From assembly GCA_033977065.1 (NCBI GenBank), contig JAXCHI010000004.1, forward strand, positions 64,001-128,000: a stretch of DNA of 64,000 bases. The letters are read 5' to 3'. Made by a program: the position numbers and the translations under genes. The DNA comes from Candidatus Algichlamydia australiensis. Lineage in GTDB: Bacteria; Chlamydiota; Chlamydiia; Chlamydiales; JAJFMI01. The notes under the pieces were generated by a model. The model did no database searches and was not told where the DNA came from. It worked only from the letters and a program-made list of their open reading frames with translations. This document shows, piece after piece, positions 47,601 to 56,446 of this stretch. Numbering within the stretch: position 1 is the first letter of the stretch; every line of letters starts with the position of its first letter.

Positions 47601-48627
47601 TCAAGATTCTTTAAGGCTAGCGCTTATACTAGCAACAACTTCAACGAGGATTCCAAAACATATTCTCGATTTAATTGAAGAGGAGCTTATACAAGCGGAC
47701 TTTGATGTAAGAGATGATTACAGGACTTTCTTGCAGTGGGCTGTTGAAGCAGGCTCTTTTAGGTGTGTCACAAGCATATTAAGTAGGCTAAAAGTCGATG
47801 ACCCTGCCGTTCATGGGGTTTTGAAAACAAGCTGGGAATCCGGAGATCGAGCAATTTTTCAGTGCTGTCTCTTCCATTCAAACTCTCAAAAGTTGTACCA
47901 AGATTATTTAATGAAAGGTGCAGAAAGAGGAGATCAGGAGCTAGTTAGGCAAATTGTAGGCAGTCGCGATCCTAAAGTAAAAGATATATCAAAAAAAATT
48001 GCTTTGTTTTGTGCTTGGGAAGAAGGGCATAAAGCCATTGCCAAATATTTAAGTACCTCTCTTGGAGGGGATTTTGGAAACAATTCTAAGAGGAGGACTT
48101 TTGTTGAGTATGCTGCATTGTACCAGCTCTTTGGTATGATAGATATGACGATGAGATCACTTACAAATAAAGGAAAAAGAAGAGATTGTGTTGTGTACGC
48201 TGCCCGTTATGGAAATGAACAACTTTTAAAAGAGTTAGAAAAACTATGGAGTTTTTCAAAGGAGTCACAAACTCTTTCTAAAGGCTTGGAAACAGCTATT
48301 TTGAATCAACATTTGCCTATAGTCGAATATTTTTTAGAGTTAGGAGCAGTTCCTGAAGATAAGTGGATTGAGTATGCGCTCCTACTACAGGATTTAGACA
48401 TGGCAGTTATGCTTGCGGATAAGAGCAGTTATGAAAATCTTGAAGCTTACTTAGAAGTTAAAAAAACTCAAACTGAAAAAGCAACTAGTAAAATTAAAAA
48501 AGATTTTGATGGTTTAATTATGGAGGAAGAAAAAGTGAAAATCGAAAGAAAAGGAACTTTAAGGCTTGCATTGATGGATTTCTTTAAAGATGATCTTGGA
48601 AAAAAAGCGAAGAAGAATAAGGGCTAA
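44602..48627 (+). CDS. Large ankyrin-repeat protein (1341 aa), candidate effector
   Basis: Many ankyrin repeats (KTPLMFAIDEG, ETALFKAVKKG, ETPLIFAIRKGN, SPLVHAAGAGN); hydrophobic helices near the N-terminus; RBS aggagg. Confidence 0.85.
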   Translation: MAVDGSGGMNLGGSFPSSDSSKATFKQLTSGVFKAQVADWSDRLSWHEKQKENRNLLKAAITVDTALFSIVFAHACTLFKKDDARSGKITALVYLAARVSLFYSAAHLLFVQLGLRILEGKKPETKKDLSSQETLLEIAGWLFSGVHFYNHYRTPVIDSKIKILKDATNEVEQLSFRVDTVYHRFAIVMKQLAEKIGGSKELATISREIKKLKLPEKEEKILESNIDAIVNCDAEGKSAELFARFSAEFSEERADVGDVVLRSADIEEVKANLLTIAKKNKTGFQNSLESAVKVGDREFISDFFALGDEYIALIDLRKLLILAIESSQKEVVGVLVERNIKELAKLSGTAYTKLAHEHNEGDILKTLVSGGFEREESLLSEVVRDGTVEDVSNLLDAHENKEATQTPQELQQALISAIKSGKKEAVENLLKVGVSCTEKCFEEEKTPLMFAIDEGLTEIASILIPEYSKEDRNKVDKSVETALFKAVKKGEEQTVKDLLLDKDKKASLCIKCGENEETPLIFAIRKGNLSTAEILIENSSEEDLRTTDKANQTALYYAEKGKYKTIVEKIVGKWGDPVKADYENQKTTLTKAIVEKKFLEAEALIGKFDHEQVDIGNPGERALDYLLACGDKAEACMQKFYEEYHGDLSTDDMVLILFWFMKRDSDVSRKFAAETIFLEANKKENFLNVVQYLLEDATKGISEEETVEYLDWVARRGNTDVIRTWLNMLGISAIPQKKKLLNWLNFAIQQGNLDLTKYYLEKIRTDENQILENRDLTDLGEENIKNIRRSRRNWEKKKGENQWLFVEAHLNAIEKGEQELLDIVREYSGIQESKEGNKYVEELVWLIKRFSEGAEQAQPMITQILNEHPSAMNCLCNDGLTALMHANTLLKDGSLSNFLEYDGLDLYTLDFEGIPLLGHAVRGGKEKNIEVVFSYCQSDLERSLAIAKETEGVDSNIVNTFLNLVKEKTQGGEGMSVDSPLVHAAGAGNWGKVKELLKRHQDSLRLALILATTSTRIPKHILDLIEEELIQADFDVRDDYRTFLQWAVEAGSFRCVTSILSRLKVDDPAVHGVLKTSWESGDRAIFQCCLFHSNSQKLYQDYLMKGAERGDQELVRQIVGSRDPKVKDISKKIALFCAWEEGHKAIAKYLSTSLGGDFGNNSKRRTFVEYAALYQLFGMIDMTMRSLTNKGKRRDCVVYAARYGNEQLLKELEKLWSFSKESQTLSKGLETAILNQHLPIVEYFLELGAVPEDKWIEYALLLQDLDMAVMLADKSSYENLEAYLEVKKTQTEKATSKIKKDFDGLIMEEEKVKIERKGTLRLALMDFFKDDLGKKAKKNKG

Positions 48628-48629
48628 AT

Positions 48630-48833
48630 TTATTTACGAAGATGCAGGCCAATATGAAAGCATGTGCCTTTTTTTGCAAGGGGGGCAAGAGGCCCCTCCG
48701 GCTTAATGTTTTCTGCGATGGGAACTTTTCTTTTTTTTGTAGCTGCAGTTTGGTCAGATGTGTTAGCTTTCCCTTTTCTCAAGGGGTTTATGAGTTTATT
48801 GAGGATTTTTTTGAATTTAGAGGGGGCTTTCAT
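48630..48833 (-). CDS. Small basic hypothetical protein
   Basis: ATGA-coupled to the upstream small ORF; last gene of the tssB operon. Confidence 0.45.
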   Translation of the reverse strand: MKAPSKFKKILNKLINPLRKGKANTSDQTAATKKRKVPIAENIKPEGPLAPLAKKGTCFHIGLHLRK

Positions 48834-49015
48834 TTAAAAATCTCCATGTCTAGTAGTTCTTCAAATTCGTTGAGAAGAGCTGCCCACTCCTCCAGAGGCG
48901 CATTGCGGATCTGATCGAGGCGATTTTGGAAAAAATTCGGATCACTCACCTCGGGTAGGGCTTGCTCGATTTCATTTAGTTTTTTAACCATCTCAAATGG
49001 GACTGTTGATTCCAT
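48830..49015 (-). CDS. Small acidic helical hypothetical protein
   Basis: Starts 5 nt after the tssL stop; coupled to the next ORF. Confidence 0.55.
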   Translation of the reverse strand: MESTVPFEMVKKLNEIEQALPEVSDPNFFQNRLDQIRNAPLEEWAALLNEFEELLDMEIFK

Positions 49016-49020
49016 GCCTG

Positions 49021-49635
49021 CTAGTTTAGAGTTGATTGAGCAAATAAGATGAGTAAAAAGAGGAATGAGAGTGCAGCGGCGGCAGCATAGTAGTGTTTTG
49101 GTTTGAATTTTTGAGGTTTTTGAGGAGATAGCTCTTCACTCTTCTTTAGTTCGATTTTCGCGTTTCCAATACGCTCTTGCAAAAGATCTAGATATTTATC
49201 GATTTGTAGTTGCGTATCTTTATATTGTCCTTTAAACCCTCGCTTAATAATAAAGTAATAGACTTCATAAACAATTAGGGGTGTTTGGCGGTCCTCCAAA
49301 ATGCTATCGCACTTTTTAAAAAAGACTTCGCCTGCTTTATGCGTACCAAGGGTGTGTTGTAAAGGAGGCCAACTAATATTATTTTTTATCTGCCTATGAG
49401 CAAAGCTTTGCATCTGTTCATTTATATAGGAGGTAAGAGCAAATTCAATCAGAAGACTTTGGGATGGATTAAGGTTTTTATGAAGAAAGTTTTTCAAACT
49501 TTCAAGAATTTTGGTTGCTTTGGTTTTTAGCATTTCCACCTGTTCTTGCTGAACCTCTTGGTGGTCGATCAACTCTCGCTCGGTTTCTATCTCCTCAAGA
49601 CAAGAAGAAATTTTTGGCCAGTATTGTGAGCTCAT
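49021..49635 (-). CDS. tssL: T6SS TssL/DotU
   Basis: FAL..YINE, WPPLQ......AGEVFF, YEVYYF....GFKGQY, single C-terminal TM helix. Confidence 0.88.
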   Translation of the reverse strand: MSSQYWPKISSCLEEIETERELIDHQEVQQEQVEMLKTKATKILESLKNFLHKNLNPSQSLLIEFALTSYINEQMQSFAHRQIKNNISWPPLQHTLGTHKAGEVFFKKCDSILEDRQTPLIVYEVYYFIIKRGFKGQYKDTQLQIDKYLDLLQERIGNAKIELKKSEELSPQKPQKFKPKHYYAAAAALSFLFLLILFAQSTLN

Positions 49636-51223
49636 TCTGTTTCCCTCCTTTTATGATTAATGGACGCTTGGCTCCCGGAATGTGCACTTTCACCTCTATT
49701 TCAAAATAGGAGAGCCATGCGTGCAAAAACTTATGTAGATACACAAAAAATAGTACGACAAGCTCCCATTTTTGTCCGCCCCAATTTTTAAGAAAAAACT
49801 CATACTCCATTAAAGAGCCGGTGTTGTTATCTTTGATTTTTTGGTTGGTTTGCATTTTCACAATGAGGTCGGGGATGATATCAAAAAGACTATTATCAAG
49901 ATTTTTTGCTGCATTTAAGATGAAAAGAAGCTCATTAAGCGTAAATGTGTTTTGATTCTTGAGGGAGAAAATGCGCAGTAGGTAGTTAGGGTCATCTTGT
50001 TGTGTATTTTCATAAGGGTATATTTTGCTTAGGAGGCGCGTTTTTTTATTTGTAAGTTGCGAGATAGAGGCTTGTATGGTCTGCTCTTCATTTACTGTAT
50101 CGGCAAACCATGGTTGTGTCCAAAGGGCTTTTACAGTAAGGGTTTCAGGCTTTGTAAAGGCTTTTGGCATGTTGAGAAGAAGGTGCTTAGAGTGGTAGTC
50201 GATTTCGTAGGTCTCTTCTTTGCGCCCTAAAATACCGGGTTTTAAAGTTTTCGTTCCTGTAGGAAGAATTTTTGCTACGTGGAGAACGGTGTGAAGCTGG
50301 TATTTAAGACTTGGTTCTGGGTGAAGCAGTGGGTATCCCTCTTTTGTTCCATCGCATATAACTGGATCCGAGTACTCAGTTTTAAGATTGATTATGGGTA
50401 CGGCAAAAGGAACAAATGTCTCGTCTGTAAGTTTAATGCTAGAAGGCCAGCTAGAAGAGAGGCGAATTGTTATCGTAATCTCTTTCCACCCTTTTTCAAT
50501 CTCAGGCAGGTCAAGGGTCATATAAAGCTCTTGCTGCGGGAAGTGAAAAAAGGTACGAACCTGCTCAACTGGGTGAGTAAGGATTTTGCGATGACCTCGA
50601 TATCCAAATGTTGCTTTGGTAGTTTGAGGTTCTTCACAATCATAAGTAATGGTGATGCTCTCCATTGATCGCTGCAGTGCAAAAAAAATACGCAGAGAAG
50701 AGAAGAAGCTAGAGAGGTGGTTAATATAGAAAGGGATTTCGCTGATTCTCTTATTTGTCTTTTCACTTAGTCGATAAGTCATGCTGAAAAGATAGGTGTG
50801 ATCTTGTTGCTTTTCAAATTCAGATTGGGCTATCGACATTGGCAGGAGAGAGAGCGGTTCAAGGGTTTGGAAAGTTGCTTTAGGATTATTGTCTGTGCAA
50901 AGGTAAAATTCGGTTCCTGCTGGAAGATCTATAATTTCCGGGTTTTTCAAGGAGTGGGCAACTTGTAGCATGGAGACGGAAGGGAGGGGATTGAGTAAAA
51001 AGGGAAAATATTGACGAAAAAGGCATTGATGCATCTGTGTCATTTTATCTACGGCTTGTAAACGAGATTGCGCTCCATAAAATGCAAGAGCTTCAATCAT
51101 GCGCTTTACGTTTGGGTCGTCAATTTCAAGAGGGGTATCTTTATATAGTTCAAGATGCGTAGCACGAAATCTTTCAATCTCTCTTAGGTTTTGCAGAAAA
51201 GCTTGATAGAGGCTATCACTCAT
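49595..51223 (-). CDS. tssF: T6SS baseplate TssF
   Basis: DDPNVKRMIEALAF..A..R, FP..LNPLPS..MLQ, AVPIINL, LWTQP. Confidence 0.88.
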   Translation of the reverse strand: MSDSLYQAFLQNLREIERFRATHLELYKDTPLEIDDPNVKRMIEALAFYGAQSRLQAVDKMTQMHQCLFRQYFPFLLNPLPSVSMLQVAHSLKNPEIIDLPAGTEFYLCTDNNPKATFQTLEPLSLLPMSIAQSEFEKQQDHTYLFSMTYRLSEKTNKRISEIPFYINHLSSFFSSLRIFFALQRSMESITITYDCEEPQTTKATFGYRGHRKILTHPVEQVRTFFHFPQQELYMTLDLPEIEKGWKEITITIRLSSSWPSSIKLTDETFVPFAVPIINLKTEYSDPVICDGTKEGYPLLHPEPSLKYQLHTVLHVAKILPTGTKTLKPGILGRKEETYEIDYHSKHLLLNMPKAFTKPETLTVKALWTQPWFADTVNEEQTIQASISQLTNKKTRLLSKIYPYENTQQDDPNYLLRIFSLKNQNTFTLNELLFILNAAKNLDNSLFDIIPDLIVKMQTNQKIKDNNTGSLMEYEFFLKNWGGQKWELVVLFFVYLHKFLHAWLSYFEIEVKVHIPGAKRPLIIKGGKQNELTILAKNFFLS

Positions 51224-51227
51224 AAAG

Positions 51228-52166
51228 TTACCAGTTGACGAATGCGTCGCTATCGATGCTTAAAAGGTTTTTAAGAAGTTTCCACTGGAGGTTCTCTTTA
51301 CTTTCCCAATGGTGTGCGATGACATCAGCGTGCTTTGCGTGTAGGGATAAAAATGTGGAAAAGAGCTCTGGAAAGTAGTGGATAGGATCGAAGTTTTCAA
51401 TTTCACTTGTAATTACTTGTGCGCAAACAGCGGCTTTGTTGTAGGATTCATTTTCAATAAGGTTTTCAAAAATTTTTATTAAGCTAATTAATTTTTCAAA
51501 GGGTTTAGATGGAGTGGGGTTAGGAGATTGCTTTTCTACCTCATTTGGGAGCAGGGGCTCTTCTTGTATGCAATCTTCTTCTTCGACAAGTTCTTCTTGC
51601 TTCTCTTCTTGACTAGGCTCTTTTTTCATCTCTTTGATTTTCGCGCTCAAGCTATAAATACTTTTGATTGCTTGAGATTTTGGCCATCTGCTTTGAAAAA
51701 ATAGGACAAATGTCTTTATTTCATCGATCAATGCTTCATTTTCACTTGGAGAAATTGCGTGGCACTTCTCCCAAAGAAGACGGTTTTGGGCATCTTTTTG
51801 CATGACCATTTTGCAATATTCAAGTTTTTTTGCAATTTGTGAAAAGAGCCAATTAGTACTGGTTTGTGTATGGACTTCAAGAAGTGTTTTTGGTTCAAGA
51901 GTTTTCCACTTTTTCTTTATAAGATTTTGTAGGAAAGGGAGGGTTTGAAGAAGGCTTACAACTCCATTTTTTAAAAACTGGATGTAAAGGTAATGAGCAA
52001 TAATACGGATATCTGGTCGGTTTTCATCAAGAAGTGTTTCTACTTTTTCTTGCGCTCGAATAGCCTTCTCACCCTCCATGAATTTCACAATTTCATCAAA
52101 GCTTTGGGAGGAAACGGGCTTTTTTTTAGAGGCTTTTTCTAACAGGATTTTTTCTAGGAGGTTCAT
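51228..52166 (-). CDS. TssA-like (ImpA N-terminal-like) T6SS protein
   Basis: PDIRIIAHYLY...G....L..L..L....WKTLEP resembles ImpA_N (DLR...L...G...L..L...W..L.P); acidic/Pro linker; short C-terminal domain. Confidence 0.55.
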   Translation of the reverse strand: MNLLEKILLEKASKKKPVSSQSFDEIVKFMEGEKAIRAQEKVETLLDENRPDIRIIAHYLYIQFLKNGVVSLLQTLPFLQNLIKKKWKTLEPKTLLEVHTQTSTNWLFSQIAKKLEYCKMVMQKDAQNRLLWEKCHAISPSENEALIDEIKTFVLFFQSRWPKSQAIKSIYSLSAKIKEMKKEPSQEEKQEELVEEEDCIQEEPLLPNEVEKQSPNPTPSKPFEKLISLIKIFENLIENESYNKAAVCAQVITSEIENFDPIHYFPELFSTFLSLHAKHADVIAHHWESKENLQWKLLKNLLSIDSDAFVNW

Positions 52167-52169
52167 TGG

Positions 52170-54146
52170 CTAAGCTCCATTTTTTACCGTACTTGCGTTA
52201 TTATGAATCATCTTGCTTGATATTACAGCTTTTGATTGAAGATCAGCAGTGTAAGTGTTTCCTTGTATTTCAATGCTCTCATCTGCTTGAATAGAAAATT
52301 TTTTACATTTGAAAGTGAAGGAGTCTGGTTTTTGAGTGCAGGTGCTCTTTATGCCTTTTTGCTCGCATGTATGTGTCATCTCTTTTCCATCAAAAAGAGT
52401 CTCTTGTTTCATTCCTGTCTCTTTATTCTCAAGTGAGTAATGCACTTTGTCGTTTGTATGTTCAATTGTCGTTGTTTTTTTACCCGTAAGCTCAATTGTC
52501 GACTGAATACTCTCTTTTTCAATTTTAACTGTTTGTGTTTGCGTCATCGAACTTGATTGGATAAGAGTAAACACAGAGTTGCTTCCACCTTCAAATTCAT
52601 GCTTTAAAATGACATACTCATACGCTCCATTTGATGAGAGTACAAGTTGGTTACCTTGCGTGCCACTAGGTAATCGTGCGTGGGGTTGCCAGTCGAGTAC
52701 CCTATGAATTTTTGCAGTGCGGAAGTAGATATTTAAAAGTACTTGCTGATCCTTGCAGAGGGGGTAAAAGTGTTGACCTGTCATAAAATCGGGAAAGAAA
52801 GGGACAACGAGCTTTTCATCCATGGCAAGAGGTACACTTACTTGATAGTGGCCTTGTGGTGTTCCATCAGATGTATTGATATTGAAAGTGGTCTGCTCTT
52901 TTGCTCCTATTTCGCAAAAGACTGTTCCTTGTATCGAAAAGGGATAGTTTGGTGGATTAAAAGGGGGGCGGTCTATATGCTTTTCCTCTTCGTCTTCTGC
53001 ACATATTTCTATTTGCAATTCGTAGGGTTCTTTTTTGTGGAAAATATTATTTGCTTCTGTCTTTCGTCTTGCTCGAATAGAGGCAGTACGTATACGGAAG
53101 GTTTTTTCTGAAAAGGCAAAATTATTGCTCCAATGCCCAGTAGAGAATTTATGACTCGCGAAATTGATAAATGAGTTGGGGAGGAGTTTGTCAAAGTGAA
53201 ATTGATTTACTAAATCGTTTACTGAAAAATAAAGAAGGTTTTTTTCAGGCTTCATTACAGAGCTCACATACCCGTGCCGGTGTTCTGGGAAAATCTGGTC
53301 GATTTCTTTGTCGATAAAGGTTTTACAAGCTTGGGCAAAAGCGTCGCTTACCTCCTTTACTACTTCGTTTATCGTGTCGGGTTGGTGAAGAAGTTTTTGT
53401 TCTGTTGCGCGTGGGGGAGTTGGACAGAGGCAGCGAGGCGGTGTAATCGCTTCTTGGTAAATGGAGTAGGGGGTCTCTTCAAGCGCGGGCTTTTCGCTAT
53501 AAAAGGTGTAGCTATTGTTGGCAAAGTCATAGAGGAGTAGACCTCCTTCTTGGTGAAGATACCAGTGGAGAAATGAATAAAATTGTGGACGCTTTTCTTC
53601 AGGGATTTCAGCTTTTTCTTCTAAAGAGAATGCGAGTATGGGATAGGATGTCTCTAATGCATCAAATTTATAGTTTAAGTTTATGCTAGGAGTTTTATGC
53701 TCCTCAAAGACGTTTTTCATTGTTTTATTTACATAGATACTTTGAGGGAAGTGCTCACTCCAGATTGCTTGTGCGTTGTCTTTGAATGTAATGCTCCAAA
53801 GGTAGATACAAGTTGCTGAGTTTTCATAACTGTTAGTGACGCATTGGAAACTCTGTTTGGTAACGGTTCCTGTTAGCAAAAGAAGGGGAGAGGAGTCGTC
53901 TTCACTATTGTAAAACTTGAGGGTTGCAGTGATAACTTTTGTGCTAAGAAGTAGGGAATCAAGATCTTGATTGTTCATGCTTGTAATTCCAATTTCCGCT
54001 TGATAGCCGTAGGACTGTAGATCAAGGCTAAATTCGTGAATGTCGTTTGGATAGATCGTTTGGTCACTACCATCTGCCTTAAGTTGAAGAGTGAATATTA
54101 AGTCTTTGCTTAATTTAGCTGTTTTTTGTGGGGAAGCTACCATCAT
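52170..54146 (-). CDS. Divergent VgrG-like spike protein
   Basis: 658 aa; SFLHWYLHQEGGLLLY (VgrG F..RL...EG..Y); GQHFYPLCKDQQVLL (OB-fold G..F.P..G.EV.V); C-terminal T/S/K-rich beta-strand repeats; follows tssE. Confidence 0.7.
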   Translation of the reverse strand: MMVASPQKTAKLSKDLIFTLQLKADGSDQTIYPNDIHEFSLDLQSYGYQAEIGITSMNNQDLDSLLLSTKVITATLKFYNSEDDSSPLLLLTGTVTKQSFQCVTNSYENSATCIYLWSITFKDNAQAIWSEHFPQSIYVNKTMKNVFEEHKTPSINLNYKFDALETSYPILAFSLEEKAEIPEEKRPQFYSFLHWYLHQEGGLLLYDFANNSYTFYSEKPALEETPYSIYQEAITPPRCLCPTPPRATEQKLLHQPDTINEVVKEVSDAFAQACKTFIDKEIDQIFPEHRHGYVSSVMKPEKNLLYFSVNDLVNQFHFDKLLPNSFINFASHKFSTGHWSNNFAFSEKTFRIRTASIRARRKTEANNIFHKKEPYELQIEICAEDEEEKHIDRPPFNPPNYPFSIQGTVFCEIGAKEQTTFNINTSDGTPQGHYQVSVPLAMDEKLVVPFFPDFMTGQHFYPLCKDQQVLLNIYFRTAKIHRVLDWQPHARLPSGTQGNQLVLSSNGAYEYVILKHEFEGGSNSVFTLIQSSSMTQTQTVKIEKESIQSTIELTGKKTTTIEHTNDKVHYSLENKETGMKQETLFDGKEMTHTCEQKGIKSTCTQKPDSFTFKCKKFSIQADESIEIQGNTYTADLQSKAVISSKMIHNNASTVKNGA

Positions 54147-54511
54147 GGTTGAACCTCCAGTTCTAAAAGTTCTTTTTGATTTTGAAAAGAGAGGAGAAGA
54201 GATCGCTTGGTTTCATGGATCTGACACTTCAAAAGAATTGAAATTTGAAAAATATTGCTACTTTCTACTGGTTCTACTGAATCAATAATCAGGCGAGGTT
54301 CATATTTTTTTAAGACAGCTGCAACTTGAAGGGCGATTTTTTTAACAAAATTCGAAGACTTACTTCCATAAACAATATCTCCTAGGCCATAGTCTCTTTG
54401 AACAGCTTCAAAGAGGCGTTTTGTACTAAGTAAGCAGTGGATATGGTCCAAGATCTCCTGCTCAAAATTTAGCTGGTTTTTTTCTGATCGAAACTTATTG
54501 AAAAAGCTCAT
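54143..54511 (-). CDS. tssE: T6SS baseplate TssE (gp25-like)
   Basis: ILDHI..LLSTKR, DYGL.D, LKKYEPRL. Confidence 0.88.
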   Translation of the reverse strand: MSFFNKFRSEKNQLNFEQEILDHIHCLLSTKRLFEAVQRDYGLGDIVYGSKSSNFVKKIALQVAAVLKKYEPRLIIDSVEPVESSNIFQISILLKCQIHETKRSLLLSFQNQKELLELEVQP

Positions 54512-55758
54512 TTTATCGCCTCACTTTTCCAATAAAGACAGGGGTGTAGAGCATCGCTACTACTATGACAAGCAAAAGCAATGCGCCTCTCTTTGATTGC
54601 AGTATTCCACTCCACTCCCTTTTTTACAGAGAAAATGTAGGCAGATTTAGAAAAATTATTATTAAAAGGGGCGGTTTCAAGGCGGAGAAGTTCAATTCCA
54701 CTTAGAGCAAACTGACAAATAATAGGTAGGCGTGAATAAGCAGCAAGTTTAATACCTTCAATGTCTGACTTAATAAGGGTGTTTTTTGGTGGTTGTAGTA
54801 TGAGATAGATTTCTGTAGCGTCTTTTAGAGTGGAAGGTAATTCCTCTGAAAGGAAGCAATCTTCCTTCTTTTCGAATTCGATCTGGTGCATTTTTTCTGT
54901 TGAGGTGGTATTGTAATTACAGATATTGTTAATCAATTTTGAAAATATGCAGTCTAATTTGTTGTGATCGTAGAGAGTGATATCTGGGGGTGTACGATCT
55001 GCATGGATTAGGGAGAGTGTGTCAAGAAGTTGGCAGAGATGTTCATAAAAAAAATAGGGATGAAAAAGAGTTTTCTCTTCAACATTTTGGAGATAGCGCT
55101 CTACTTTTGTAACTTCTTTTAGGCAGATGCGCGTATCAATTGTACGTGTATCATATTTAAATTCCTCTTTTAGACCTTCAAGATAAGATTTAACTTGATC
55201 TCTGTAAGATTTGAAAAAAGGAGTTTCTACTACAGAAAGTGATGGCGGAATGTACTCTCCTAATTTCCAAAACCCTTCAGCATTACTTTCTAGCTCTGCA
55301 ATTTTAAGAGAGCTTTTTAAAGAGAGGTCAGAATCTGTTGATAATTTGAGTTGATACATGGAGAAAAGAATTTTTTCACTACCTTCTTCTGCTTCTATTT
55401 CGTCCTCATGTTCAGATTGGGATTTTAATAGATAGAGGTAGAGGGATACTGTTTTGTTCCGCACTTTTGGAAGAGAGTAGTGGGGAACTGTGGCGTTACT
55501 GGGAACATTAATAATTTCTCCATTTGGAAAGATAGCATGCATCTTCTCAATATTAATTATTCCTCTTTGGAGTTTTGCATTATCCCATTTTAGACTCTCA
55601 ATTCCATAACAGGGAAGTCCTAGCATGGCAGTATAGCGGCGCGTATGAGCAAGCAAAGCACGCTCTTGCGCAATCAGATGGGCAGGCAGGAGTGCCTGCC
55701 CAGTTTTCCAAGAGACATGCTTTAACTGCTCCCCTTTAAGCAGCAGGTGGTGTTCCAT
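54508..55758 (-). CDS. tssK: T6SS baseplate TssK (IglD-like)
   Basis: VSWKTGQALLPAHL.AQE, YIPPSL, HPYFFYE.L, YDHN.L...F..L, FALSGIEL. Confidence 0.85.
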   Translation of the reverse strand: MEHHLLLKGEQLKHVSWKTGQALLPAHLIAQERALLAHTRRYTAMLGLPCYGIESLKWDNAKLQRGIINIEKMHAIFPNGEIINVPSNATVPHYSLPKVRNKTVSLYLYLLKSQSEHEDEIEAEEGSEKILFSMYQLKLSTDSDLSLKSSLKIAELESNAEGFWKLGEYIPPSLSVVETPFFKSYRDQVKSYLEGLKEEFKYDTRTIDTRICLKEVTKVERYLQNVEEKTLFHPYFFYEHLCQLLDTLSLIHADRTPPDITLYDHNKLDCIFSKLINNICNYNTTSTEKMHQIEFEKKEDCFLSEELPSTLKDATEIYLILQPPKNTLIKSDIEGIKLAAYSRLPIICQFALSGIELLRLETAPFNNNFSKSAYIFSVKKGVEWNTAIKERRIAFACHSSSDALHPCLYWKSEAIK

Positions 55759-56377
55759 AAGTGAACATTTTTTTGCTGTCTTTATTGTAGTAGTAGGTAA
55801 TGCCTTGCTCTTTTCCCTCTTTCCAATCTTCTCCCTGAATGGCGAGTGAAACGATATAACCTGAAACAGAGTACTTTTTTTGTGGTCGAACTTTCTTCAG
55901 CGGCTTACCGCCCCAGTCGGCTTGTGGAACGATTCTTCCTCTAAACTCACCAAAACCTAAGTCGTGTGAAAAGTGCTTTTCATAGGCTCCTTTTCCACTT
56001 CCTTCTCCACTACGATACCTCCAGGATATGTAAGTGCCGCTGATAACGTTTTCATCTTCATCCTCAACTTTTGCCTCAACTTTTGAGAACATGCTATCAC
56101 TCATAAATAGTTGTATGCGTTTAGGATCTTCAGAGTCTTTGCTCCATTGAAAGGACAATATTGGACCAATCGTAGGAACTTTTACACTTGTGCTATCAGG
56201 TAAAAAAAGTGGGATCATATCCCCTTTTTTTTCTGTAAAATCCGTTTCATCAATTGTCATTGTTAGCATATGAGCAACGGATGCGGTTGATCCAGATCCA
56301 AAGCCCATTGCTGTATCCATTGAATAAAGCTCATCAATTGGAACTCTATTGCTATTACTTTCAGTTGCTGTACTCAT
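55736..56377 (-). CDS. Putative T6SS inner-tube protein (non-canonical Hcp, IglC position)
   Basis: 213 aa; between tssC and tssK; strong RBS (ggaggt); no canonical Hcp motif; assignment is positional. Confidence 0.55.
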   Translation of the reverse strand: MSTATESNSNRVPIDELYSMDTAMGFGSGSTASVAHMLTMTIDETDFTEKKGDMIPLFLPDSTSVKVPTIGPILSFQWSKDSEDPKRIQLFMSDSMFSKVEAKVEDEDENVISGTYISWRYRSGEGSGKGAYEKHFSHDLGFGEFRGRIVPQADWGGKPLKKVRPQKKYSVSGYIVSLAIQGEDWKEGKEQGITYYYNKDSKKMFTYGTPPAA

Positions 56378-56446
56378 CTCAAACCTCCGTTATTGAGATT
56401 GATTTCTTACTTTCCCTCCAATTTTTAGAGGGGACTATTTGTAGCA

